A stretch of DNA of 64,000 nt, taken from an uncultured bacterium (GTDB lineage: Bacteria; Krumholzibacteriota; Krumholzibacteriia; Krumholzibacteriales; Krumholzibacteriaceae). The notes under the pieces were generated by a model. It had not been told where the DNA came from and did not search any database. It worked only from the letters and a program-made list of their open reading frames with translations. A program made the position numbers and the translations under genes. Shown here piece by piece: positions 1 through 9,170 of the stretch (position 1 is the first letter of the stretch; each line of letters begins with the position of its first letter). Location of the stretch: contig CAWBAN010000001.1 of the NCBI GenBank assembly GCA_963786935.1, positions 704,001-768,000 of the forward strand. Direction: 5' to 3'.

Positions 1-1
1 A

Positions 2-490
2 ATCACCGTGCTCGCCTCGGAGCATCAGGATGGGGATATCATGGGGAGGCTCGCCGCATGGCTCGGCTGGCGGCAGGTCAAGGGATCCTCGACGCGCCGG
101 GGCGCGGCGGGATTCCGGGAGCTTGCCGCCGTTCTGAGGAGTGGGCGCCACGCGGGGCTCACCGTCGACGGACCGCGGGGACCGCGCGGCCGCGTGCAGC
201 AGGGCGCGACGGAACTGAGCAGAATGACGGGGGCCGTCGTGATACCGGTCACGTCCGCGAGCCGTCCGCGGTGGGTCTTTTCTTCGTGGGACCGGTTCCA
301 GATTCCGCGGATGTTCGCGCGCGTGATGATTGCGTACGGCGAGCCGTTCGTCGTCCCCGGGGACGCCGATCGCGAGGCGCGCGAGCGGGCTCGGCTTCGC
401 CTCGAGCGAACGCTCGGGGAACTCACGACGGAGATCGACCGAAGTCTCGGGCACGAGGGAACGGACGTATGGCCCCATGAAGATCGTTGA
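2..490 (+). CDS. DUF374 / lysophospholipid acyltransferase family protein (5' partial)
   Basis: Motifs SEHQDGDI, GSSTRRG, TVDGPRGP, SWDRFQIP; frame open from window start; directly upstream of lpxK. Confidence 0.85.
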   Translation: MTVLASEHQDGDIMGRLAAWLGWRQVKGSSTRRGAAGFRELAAVLRSGRHAGLTVDGPRGPRGRVQQGATELSRMTGAVVIPVTSASRPRWVFSSWDRFQIPRMFARVMIAYGEPFVVPGDADREARERARLRLERTLGELTTEIDRSLGHEGTDVWPHEDR

Positions 491-1624
491 ACGGTACGGC
501 GCCGGATACCGGATCCTCACGGGGAGGGGCGCGTGGGGCGCGCTCCTGCCGGCGCGGGCCCTGCTCGCGGGCCTCTACTGGATCGGCGCGGCTCTGCACG
601 CCCGGCGGAGGCCCCCGCGGGTGCGGCGTTCATCCCGCGGCCCCGGCGCGGCCGACCCCGTGGTCGTATCCATCGGGAACCTCGAAGCGGGTGGCGGAGG
701 GAAGACGCCGTGCGCGATCGCGCTCGCCCGCGGTATCGCCGGGCGGGGGGGCTCGCCGTCGTGGTCACGCGAGGCTACGGCGGGACGGCGCGGCGCCGCG
801 CGCCGTGCGTCGTTTCGCCCGCGGAGACGCCGGCGGCCGCTCGCGCAAGCGGCTTCGTGACCGCCGAGGATCTCATCGGATCGTCCGGCGGCGCGCCCGG
901 CGGGCCCGCGCGCGAAGCGGAGGTGCTCGGCGACGAGGTTCTCATCTACCGGGACCGCGGCATCCCCGTCATCATCGATCCGCGGCGCTCGAGGGGCGCC
1001 GCGCTCGCCCGGCGGCTCTTCGCTCCGAGTCACATCCTCCTCGACGACGCGTTCCAGAACGTTTCGATCGCGCCGGACGTGGATCTCCTCCTCCTCGACG
1101 CGGAGCGGCCGTTCGGCGCCGGAACGCCGCTGCCGCTCGGGACGCTGCGCGAGTCTCCGCGCGCGGCGCGGCGCGCCGACGCGATCGTATTCACCCGGGC
1201 GCGCGAACGCCGGGTTCCCGCGGAGGCGCAACGTTTCGTCGAGGGCAAACCCGTCTTCTTCGCGGATCACGCCGCTTCGGGGCTCATCGGCCGGCGCGGA
1301 GAACCGGTCCCGCTCGAGCGTCTCGCGGGCCGGGACTGCGTGCTCTTCTCGGGAGTGGCCCGCCCCGCGTCGTTCGAGCGGACCGCGCTCGCCCTCGGCG
1401 CTCTGCCGCGGGCCTCGTTCCGCTTCGACGACCATCATCGATACGGCCGGGATGACGTGCGGGCGATGCGGGAGGAGGCCGGCCCGCGCACGGCGTTCGT
1501 CACGACGGAGAAGGACCGGGCGAAGGCGATCGATCTTTTTCCGGACGAGTCGGACGTTCTCGCGCTCCGCGTCGAGATGACGATCGACCGGCTCGACGAC
1601 CTGCTCGATCTTCTCGCGAGCTAG
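477..1624 (+). CDS. lpxK: Tetraacyldisaccharide 4'-kinase, split by an apparent 1-nt deletion in the G7 run at 745-751
   Basis: N-half VVSIGNLEAGGGGKTP in one frame; VVTRGYG, GDEV, LLDDAFQ, LPLGTLRE, DHHRY, TTEKD in the other; adding one G joins them. Confidence 0.88.
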
Positions 1625-2358
1625 CTCATCTTCCTGATGCGGACCTCGATCTCCGGGTGCCCCTTGAGGAGCGCCGCGAGCCGGGAGGCGTCCGTCTCGC
1701 CGTAATGGTAGGGATAGAGGACCTTCGGCTTGAATGCCAGCGCCGCGTCCGCCGCCATTTCCGGGGTCATCGTGTAGGGGAGGTTCATCGGGAGAAAGGC
1801 GATGTCGATTCGCTTGAGGAGCTTCATCTCGGGCGTGTTATCGGTGTCGCCGGCGATGTAGACGCGCGTGTTCCCGAAGGCGATGACATAGCCGTTGCCA
1901 GCGCCCCGGGGATGGAACGGTTTGCCGTCCGATCGTTTGCTCACGACGTTGTAGGCGTACACGGCCTCGACGCCGATGCCGGCGGCCGACGTCGAATCCC
2001 CCGCCTTCATCACGGTGCCCGCGACCCCCTTGTGCCGGCACGCCTCGGTCAGCAGCACCACGGTCTTTTCGCCGGAGACGGCCTTGAGGGCGGCCGGGTC
2101 CAGATGATCGGGATGATCGTGCGTGATGAGAACGAGATCGGCCTTCGGCAGCGTGGAGTAATCGGCGAGACGGCTCCAGGGATCGACGTGGATCGTTTTC
2201 CCGCGGTAGGAGAACTGAAGGGTCCCGTGGCCGATGAAGGTGATCACGAGCGGCCCCCCCGACGTCCTGACGGTATCGGCCTCGAACGCGGCCGGCGCGT
2301 TCGGGGGGCCCGTCAGCGCGGCAAGCAGCGCGCATACGCAGAGCGTTGTTCCGAACAT
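1621..2358 (-). CDS. Secreted metallo-beta-lactamase-fold hydrolase
   Basis: THDHPDH metal motif, AGDT, PYHY; N-terminal signal peptide; GGAGG RBS before ATG 2358. Confidence 0.85.
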   Translation of the reverse strand: MFGTTLCVCALLAALTGPPNAPAAFEADTVRTSGGPLVITFIGHGTLQFSYRGKTIHVDPWSRLADYSTLPKADLVLITHDHPDHLDPAALKAVSGEKTVVLLTEACRHKGVAGTVMKAGDSTSAAGIGVEAVYAYNVVSKRSDGKPFHPRGAGNGYVIAFGNTRVYIAGDTDNTPEMKLLKRIDIAFLPMNLPYTMTPEMAADAALAFKPKVLYPYHYGETDASRLAALLKGHPEIEVRIRKMS

Positions 2359-2403
2359 GGCGTTTCCTCCCGCATCGGAGCCGTGAAACGATTCGCGCGA
2401 TCG

Positions 2404-2432
2404 ATGATAGCGGATGGAGGAAGGCCTGTCAA
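2404..2432 (-). promoter_or_regulatory. Sigma70-type promoter for the MBL hydrolase
   Basis: Minus strand TTGACA-N17-TATCAT. Confidence 0.7.
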
Positions 2433-2454
2433 TCGGGGGCGGAGGGGAGAAACG

Positions 2455-2486
2455 AAGAGGGGAACCTCGCGCGAGGTTCCCCTCTT
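2455..2486 (-). terminator. Perfect 32-bp palindrome, probable terminator of the lipoprotein gene
   Basis: AAGAGGGGAACCTCGC|GCGAGGTTCCCCTCTT just downstream of the stop at 2514. Confidence 0.65.
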
Positions 2487-2513
2487 TATGCATGAAGAGG
2501 CCGGTTACCCTTG

Positions 2514-3134
2514 CTACTGCAGCTTGTTCTCGTCGGCTGTCGTCAGGAGCGGATCGGCGAAGTTCACCGAGATGTTCGCCTCGAACTCGACTTCCGTGTC
2601 GGTCTGGATGTAGTGCCCGCGGAAGACGAAGTGCGCCTGGGCCATGATCTCATCGGGGGAGTACCGCAGGCCGATGAGCGGAGCGACGTTCTTCGCCGCG
2701 AACGGGACGAGGAGGATGGCTCCGACGGCCGAGCCGCTCGCCGGGACGAGGATGCTCGTCGTGCCGGTGAACGCCGGTACCGGCTCGGGCGCGTTGTCGT
2801 ACGCAATGAAGTTGACATCGTATCCCGTCACGAGAAAGTCGCCGAGGTTGCCGGTGCCGGGCTCGATGACCGTGCTGTACGGCTTGTTGAAAAACTCGAT
2901 CTCGATGAAATCCTCCCTGACCATGTCGTCGACGAGCTTGTAGGTGACCATATCCGCGTTATAGATCGAGTCCCCCTGGCTGAGAACATCGGCCAGGTAC
3001 GGGCGGTTCAGGTTCACGCCGCCGACATACACGACGGTGCGCTGGTCGTAGTTCGAGTCTTCGGAGCAGCTCAGGATCACGGCGAGGAGCACAAGCGCGA
3101 ACGAGAGGACGACGGCCTTTCTGTTGCCAAACAT
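2514..3134 (-). CDS. Hypothetical lipoprotein
   Basis: MFGNRKAVVLSFALVLLAVILSC lipobox-type signal; AGGAGG RBS. Confidence 0.75.
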   Translation of the reverse strand: MFGNRKAVVLSFALVLLAVILSCSEDSNYDQRTVVYVGGVNLNRPYLADVLSQGDSIYNADMVTYKLVDDMVREDFIEIEFFNKPYSTVIEPGTGNLGDFLVTGYDVNFIAYDNAPEPVPAFTGTTSILVPASGSAVGAILLVPFAAKNVAPLIGLRYSPDEIMAQAHFVFRGHYIQTDTEVEFEANISVNFADPLLTTADENKLQ

Positions 3135-3188
3135 CGGGTAACCTCCTGCGGTATGACCGGCATAATGGATTGTCGGAAGGGTATCCTC

Positions 3189-3204
3189 GCAATGATTGTG
3201 CCAA
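3189..3204 (-). promoter_or_regulatory. Sigma54 (-24/-12) promoter for the lipoprotein gene
   Basis: Minus strand TTGGCACAATCATTGC matches TGGCAC-N5-TTGC, about 55 nt before the start. Confidence 0.7.
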
Positions 3205-3369
3205 GCCGCGCGGCTTGATCGGGCGTCTAACGTATTGCGCATCAATAGAATAAAAGCCGGCGCCCGGTGCGTCGGTTCGCGCCGCCGCCGCCGCTTCGCA
3301 TATTGCACTTCTTTCTGTTGCGGGGGCATTCCCCGTCGCCTATGATTAACCGACTTGAGGGAGGTTCCC

Positions 3370-4968
3370 GTGGAGGTTCTCAAGACCGACATACTTGTGC
3401 TGGGGAGCGGGGCGGCCGGGCTGTTCTTGGCCGTCAAGGCGTCCCGGTTCGCCGACGTGCTCGTCGTGACGAAACGCAAGATTGCCGAGAGCAACACCTA
3501 CTACGCGCAGGGCGGCATCGCGTCCGTGACGCTCAAGGACGATTCGTTCGAGCGGCACGTGGCCGACACGCTCGAGGCGGGGCAGGGGCTCTGCAAGCGC
3601 GAGGCGGTCGAGATCATGGTGCGGGAAGGGCCGGACCGGATCCGGGATCTCATGGATCTCGGCGTGCGCTTCAGCAAAACCGAGAAGGGCGACTCGCTCG
3701 CGCTCACGCGGGAGGGGGGGCATTCCAGGCCGCGGATCGTCCACTGCCGCGACATCATCGGACGCGAGCTCGAGACGGCCCTGCTCGGCGCGATTCGCGC
3801 GAGCGCCCGCGTCTCGACGCGGGAGGACTGCCTCGCCATCGATCTCATCGTCGACGGCGCCGGACGGGTGCTCGGCTGCCACGCGCTCGACCGCCTCTCG
3901 AACCGCCCCCTCGCGATCCTCGCGCGGCATACGGTGCTCGCGACGGGGGGCGCGGGGAAGATCTATCTCTACACGTCGAATCCCGACGTGGCGACGGGGG
4001 ACGGCATCGCGATGGCGTACCGCGCCGGCGCGGGGATCGCGAACCTCGAGTTCGTGCAGTTTCATCCGACGTGCCTCTACCATCCCCAGGCGAAGTCGTT
4101 TCTCGTCTCGGAGGCGCTGCGCGGGGAAGGTGCGATCCTCCGGAACCTGGCCGGGGAAACGTTCATGAAGCGGTACGATCCGCGCGGGGAGCTGGCGCCC
4201 CGCGACGTCGTCGCCCGGGCGATCGACCGCGAGATGAAGCAGAGCGGCGACAAATACGTGCTCCTCGATATCACGCACCGGAACGCCGATTGGCTCAAGA
4301 AGCGGTTTCCGCACGTGTACGAGAACTGCCTCTCGTTCGGGATCGACATCGCGGCCCAGCCGATTCCGGTGGTGCCCGCCGCGCATTACATGTGCGGCGG
4401 CGTCAGCGTGGATATGGACGGGAGGACCGATCGCCCCGGCCTCATGGCGATCGGCGAGGTCGCGTGCACGGGAGTTCACGGCGCGAACCGGCTGGCGAGC
4501 AATTCGCTCCTCGAGGCGCTCGTGTTCGGGGCGCGGTGCGCCGCGCGGCTCGAAGACGACGGACCGGGCGAGGGGATCCCCTCGGGCGCCGGTCTCGCGT
4601 TTCCCGACGTCCCGGATCCGCGAGCGCTCGAGACCGTGATCCTCGACCACGACTGGGATCTCGCCCGGCGGGTCATGTGGGATTACGTCGGCATCGTCCG
4701 ATCCGTCGAGCGCCTCGCGATCGCCCGCGGGCGCATCGGGCAGATCCTCGAGACCGCGGAGCGGCTCTACACCGAGTACGGGGTTTCAGGGGATCTGGTC
4801 GAGCTGCGGAACATCGCGCTCGTGTCCAGCCTCGTCGTGAAATCGGCCATAATTCGCAGGGAATCGCGCGGGCTCCACTATGTCATCGATTACCCGGAGA
4901 GCGATCCGGCCTGGCAAAAGGACACGGTCATCAAGAAAGGCGCGGAGCGGCGGGAGCAAACGTCATAG
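3370..4968 (+). CDS. nadB: L-aspartate oxidase
   Basis: GSGAAG FAD motif, YAQGGIA, REGGHS, QFHPT, SEALRGEG, HYMCGG, HGANRLASNSLLE, RESRGLHY; GTG start after GGAGG. Confidence 0.95.
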   Translation: MEVLKTDILVLGSGAAGLFLAVKASRFADVLVVTKRKIAESNTYYAQGGIASVTLKDDSFERHVADTLEAGQGLCKREAVEIMVREGPDRIRDLMDLGVRFSKTEKGDSLALTREGGHSRPRIVHCRDIIGRELETALLGAIRASARVSTREDCLAIDLIVDGAGRVLGCHALDRLSNRPLAILARHTVLATGGAGKIYLYTSNPDVATGDGIAMAYRAGAGIANLEFVQFHPTCLYHPQAKSFLVSEALRGEGAILRNLAGETFMKRYDPRGELAPRDVVARAIDREMKQSGDKYVLLDITHRNADWLKKRFPHVYENCLSFGIDIAAQPIPVVPAAHYMCGGVSVDMDGRTDRPGLMAIGEVACTGVHGANRLASNSLLEALVFGARCAARLEDDGPGEGIPSGAGLAFPDVPDPRALETVILDHDWDLARRVMWDYVGIVRSVERLAIARGRIGQILETAERLYTEYGVSGDLVELRNIALVSSLVVKSAIIRRESRGLHYVIDYPESDPAWQKDTVIKKGAERREQTS

Positions 4969-5000
4969 CGTTTCGAACGCGATTCCGGTTCGGGGGGCGC

Positions 5001-5384
5001 ATGGAAAACCGTTTGGAAATACGCCGGGAAGTGAGGGGCAAGATCGAAACGATCCGGTCGCGGGATCGGCGGTATCACGCCGACGCGTACCTGCTCGTTC
5101 TCGACGCCGTGGAGGCGGTGCTGCTCGAGCTCGCGCAGGCGCGTCATATCTCGGGCTTCGAGCTCTGCCGGGGGCTGCGCACGCTCGCGTCGGCGCGCTT
5201 CGGGCCCATGGCGAAAGAGGTTCTCAACTTCTGGGGCGTGCGGTCGACCGGAGATTTCGGGAATATCGTGTTCAATCTCGTCGACGCGGGATTGCTGCTC
5301 AAAACCGAGCATGATCGCATCGATGATTTTATCGACGTGTACGATTTCGGAGACGCGTTCGAGCGCACCTATTTCGAGGCGTAG
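5001..5384 (+). CDS. Minf_1886-family conserved protein
   Basis: RYHADAY, HISGFELC, FGPMAKEVLNFWGV, DFGNIVFNLV, DDF pattern. Confidence 0.75.
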   Translation: MENRLEIRREVRGKIETIRSRDRRYHADAYLLVLDAVEAVLLELAQARHISGFELCRGLRTLASARFGPMAKEVLNFWGVRSTGDFGNIVFNLVDAGLLLKTEHDRIDDFIDVYDFGDAFERTYFEA

Positions 5385-5402
5385 CGTCCGCGGTCGCGTG
5401 CC

Positions 5403-7621
5403 GTGCGAAAACACTCAATCAGAGCAATCCGCGTGTTCACTCTCGGCTGCTGCGCGATCGTCGCGCAGTCGATCTTCATCCGGGAGCTGCTGCCGCTTTT
5501 CTCGGGGACCGAGTTCGTCATCGGCGCGCTGCTCGCCTTCTGGCTCGCGTGGGTGGGCGGCGGCGCCATGCTCGGGGCGCGGATCATGCGGGGGACGCGC
5601 CGCCCCGCCGCCCGCGCGTACGTCGATCTCGCCGCGTTTCTCGCGATCGCGCTTCCGGGGACGATCGTCGCGATCCGGCTCGGCAGGGGAATGCTCGCGA
5701 CGCCGCCGGGCGCCCTGCCGTCCCCCGCGGGCGCCCTCGCCTTCGCGCTGTTCGCCGTCGCTCCGTTCGGCTGCGCCTACGGCGCGATATACAACGCCGC
5801 GAGCGCGCTCTGGGAGGAGGGGGCCGAGGGGCTTCGCGGCGGCATCACGCGCGTGTATCTCTGGGAAGCGGCCGGCGCCGTGTTCGGCGCGATTCTCTTC
5901 TCGTTCATCCTCGTCGAGACGCTCTCCCCGCTCGAGGCGGGTATCGTCGCGGGCGGTCTCCTCGCCCTGACGGCGGCGCTGTCGTCGCCCGGGGACGGCG
6001 CGCGGGGACGGCTGCGGGCGTCGGCGACGATCGTGGGCGTATTCGTCCTCGCGGCGCTCTCTCCGTCGATCGACCGGCGCAGCATCGAGGGCGTCTACCG
6101 GGGCTACCGGATCGAGGAGCACCGTTCCTCCCGCTACGGCGAGATCGTGGTGGCGGAGCGCGAGGGATTGCGATCGGTGTTCGCGACGGGAGGGAGGGTC
6201 TTTTCGTATCCGGAGCCCGAGCGATGCGAGGAGATGATCCATATTCCGCTTCTCCTCTGCGGCGCGCCTCGAACGGTCCTCCTCATCGGGAGCTCCCTTG
6301 GGGGGGGGCTCGAGGAAGCCCTCAAACACCGGTCCGTACAGCGCATCGATTGCGTCGAGCTCGATGGAGCGCTCTTCGCGGCCGCCGGCGCGGCGGGCGA
6401 AGCGGCCGGATCGGATGGGCGCCGCGTGCGGCGCATCGCCGCCGACGGGCGGTTCTTCCTCGAGCGCGGGGACGAATCGTACGATTGCGTCATTCTCGGC
6501 GCCCCGCCCCCGGTGAATTTGCAGTGGAACCGGTTCTACACGAGGGAATTCTTCGAACGCGTCCGCGGGGCGCTTCGCCCGGGGGGCGTGTTCGCGTTCA
6601 CCCACCCGTCGCACGAAAACATGCTGACGCGGGAGGATGCGGAAGTGCTGCGGATTCTCGAGCGCACGCTCGAATCGGTTTTCCCGCGCGTGCTCGTGCT
6701 GCCGGGCTCGACGGCGCACTTCATCGCGAGCGACGCTGATCTCGACCCGCAGACGATCCTGCCCCGGCTCCGGGCCCGCGGCATCGACGCGCCGTTCGTC
6801 GGCGAGGGATATCTCCCGTTCAGGCTGACCGATGAGCGCCTCGCCGGGCTTCGGGCGAGCCTCGCCGGCGCCGGACGCGGCGCCGTCAACACGGATGCGA
6901 GGCCGGCGCTTCCGCTTCACGAGCTGCTCCTCGAGGGGAAACGGACCGGATCGCGGCTGATGGCGGGATTCGGCACGCTTCTCCGCGTCCCTCCGGCGGC
7001 CGTCGGGGGGGCGTTCCTGTCGGTCCTTCTCGCGCTGTTTTGTTTCGCGCGGTTCGGTTGGAAGGATCGCCCCGGCGCCCGCGCGGCGCTCGCCGTCTGG
7101 AGCGTCGGGCTCGGGAGCTTCCTGCTCCAGGTTCTCGTGCTCCTCTCGTTTCAATCGTTCGCGGGGATTCTCTACACGGGGATCGTGCTGTTGACGGCGT
7201 TGTTCATGGCGGGGGCGTCCGCCGGCGCGTTCGCGGCGGCCAGACGCGATCGATGGGGGAAAGGGGCGCTCAGGGCGATCCATGCCGGATTCATCGTGCT
7301 CGCGCCCGCTCCGGCGGCGTGGGGGGCGCTGATCGGGAGCTGGCGCCCCTCGCCGGTTTCGGGCTCGACGCCGTTCTTTTTCATGGCGGCGCTCGCGGGG
7401 TTCTTGACCGGCGCGTATTACGGAATCTCCGTCAGGATCGCGCTTCCCGAGAAGAGCGCCCGGTCCCCGCGGCCTTGTACGCGTGGGACGCCTTCGGCGC
7501 GAGCGTCGGCGGGCTCATCGGCGGCATGATCCTGGTGCCCGCGCTCGGATTGGCGGCGACGGCGCTCTGCATCGCGCTCGTGCACGTCATGGCGCTGGCG
7601 CTCATCGCGGGGAGAGGGTGA
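5403..7621 (+). CDS. Multi-pass membrane protein with central spermidine-synthase-like SAM-binding domain; apparent 1-nt deletion near 7459-7461
   Basis: TM blocks flank SRYGEI, EEMIH, VLLIG, CVELD, DGRFFL, NRFYTREFF, NTD; the last TM pair (LYAWDAFGASVGG) lies in a shifted frame ending 7621. Confidence 0.8.
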
Positions 7622-7631
7622 GACCGGCTTC

Positions 7632-9170
7632 CTATTTCAGCAGGCCGAGTTCGCGCTCCGAAAAAACGTCCGCCGTGAACGCTTCGATCTTCGTCCCCTT
7701 CTCCTTCCACGCGCCTTCGGGGAGCCCCGCCTTGACGCACGTTTCGGAGAGGAACGTCTCGCGGTTCCATCCCCACTCGACCGGCACCTGCGGGAGGAGG
7801 AGGCCCCGGTGCGAGCCGCGCGACACGACGAGCCCGTGCGTCCCGACGACGATCGTCGACGGATCGCGGACCTCGAAGAGGGGGCTCAGGACGGAGATCT
7901 CGAGCTCGATGGCGGGAAGCTCCTCCGTGCGCACCGGTTCGAACCGCCAATCGCTGAACGCGGCGGCCTTGGCCATTTCCCTGATTGTTTCGGCGAGCGG
8001 CTTGATCGCCTCGATGTATCCGATGCAGCCGCGAAGCCGGCCGGATATTTTCAGCGTCACGAAGGCCCCCCGCGGCTCCCGCATGATCGGCGAGGGAGGG
8101 GCGGAAACGGTGAGCTTCGATCCTTTGCATTCGGCCTCGATGACGCTCCGCGCGAGCTTGAGGAGGAACACCTTGTCGTTCTTCGTGAGCCCGGTCCCCG
8201 CTTTCGCTCCGGAAGCGCCCGCGGATCCCTTTGTTTCCTTCACCATGGCCGCGGCGAGGTAGCCCACCACGCTGCTCCGGTCTCCCGTGACATCCCCCGA
8301 GTTCGCGTATCGAAGGACGACGCATTTCGTGGCGCCGAGCGCGCGCGCGGCGATCATCGCCGAGACGACCGGTCCGCCGCCGCACGCCTCCACGGATCTC
8401 GACGAAAGGGTCCCGAGCAGCGCGTCGGGGTCGAAGAGCGCGAGCCGTTTCTGGAACTCCCCGTCGAGCTGTTTCGCTTCGCCGTCCTCGTGGAAATGCG
8501 AGAGGTCGGTGCTCGCGACGATGAGCGCGTGTTTCCCCCGGAGCGCCTCGCCGAGCGCCGTGCCGAGCGCTTCCACGACCGGCGCGCTCTGGTCGCCCAT
8601 GACGATCGGCACGAGCTTGAAATCGCCGAGCGCGACCTGCAGGAAGGGGAGCTGGACCTCGAGGGCGTGCTCGCTCCGCTGCATCGCGCGGGTTTCGTGC
8701 CCATGCGGGTCGAGCCGGACGAGGCTCCCCTTCGATTTCGATGCGATGAGCTTCGCGAGACCGGCGTCGACCGGAATGTCCCCGAGGGGTGTCCGGTACG
8801 CGGCGCCGGGAAAAACCGACGCGTAGGCGAAATACTCGGCGTGGCTCGGGCTGATGACGACGACGACGTCGTAGGCGCGGCCCGCGACGAGTTTGTACGC
8901 GTAGGCGGCGACCTGCCCCGAATATTGGTAGCCGGCGTGCGGTGAGACGAGCGCGATCGGATCGCCGCCCGGGGAGGCGGGATGGGCCGCGTCGAGGTAG
9001 CCGAGGATCTCCTTCTTGAGCGCCGCGGGATTTTCCGTGTAGAACTGTCCGGCGACCGCCGGTTGACGCACCGTCTGATCCATGGTTCTCACGCCCTTCT
9101 GCGCGGGGGCCGCGGCGCCGAGGACCGCGACGCCGAGCGCGATGATGAAGCCCGCACGCCAGCGTTTCAT
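7632..9170 (-). CDS. amrB: AmmeMemoRadiSam system protein B-A fusion (Memo + AMMECR1) with N-terminal signal peptide
   Basis: Memo motifs PAVAGQFY, PHAGYQYSG, EHALEVQLPFLQ, STDLSH; AMMECR1 motifs GAFVTL, LRGCIG, LLLPQV; ATG overlaps amrS stop. Confidence 0.92.
   Translation of the reverse strand: MKRWRAGFIIALGVAVLGAAAPAQKGVRTMDQTVRQPAVAGQFYTENPAALKKEILGYLDAAHPASPGGDPIALVSPHAGYQYSGQVAAYAYKLVAGRAYDVVVVISPSHAEYFAYASVFPGAAYRTPLGDIPVDAGLAKLIASKSKGSLVRLDPHGHETRAMQRSEHALEVQLPFLQVALGDFKLVPIVMGDQSAPVVEALGTALGEALRGKHALIVASTDLSHFHEDGEAKQLDGEFQKRLALFDPDALLGTLSSRSVEACGGGPVVSAMIAARALGATKCVVLRYANSGDVTGDRSSVVGYLAAAMVKETKGSAGASGAKAGTGLTKNDKVFLLKLARSVIEAECKGSKLTVSAPPSPIMREPRGAFVTLKISGRLRGCIGYIEAIKPLAETIREMAKAAAFSDWRFEPVRTEELPAIELEISVLSPLFEVRDPSTIVVGTHGLVVSRGSHRGLLLPQVPVEWGWNRETFLSETCVKAGLPEGAWKEKGTKIEAFTADVFSERELGLLK

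Noticed and set aside
1621..2358. MBL-fold gene as an antibiotic-resistance beta-lactamase
   Set aside because: Motif spacing fits generic UPF0173/UlaG-like hydrolases; no mobile context
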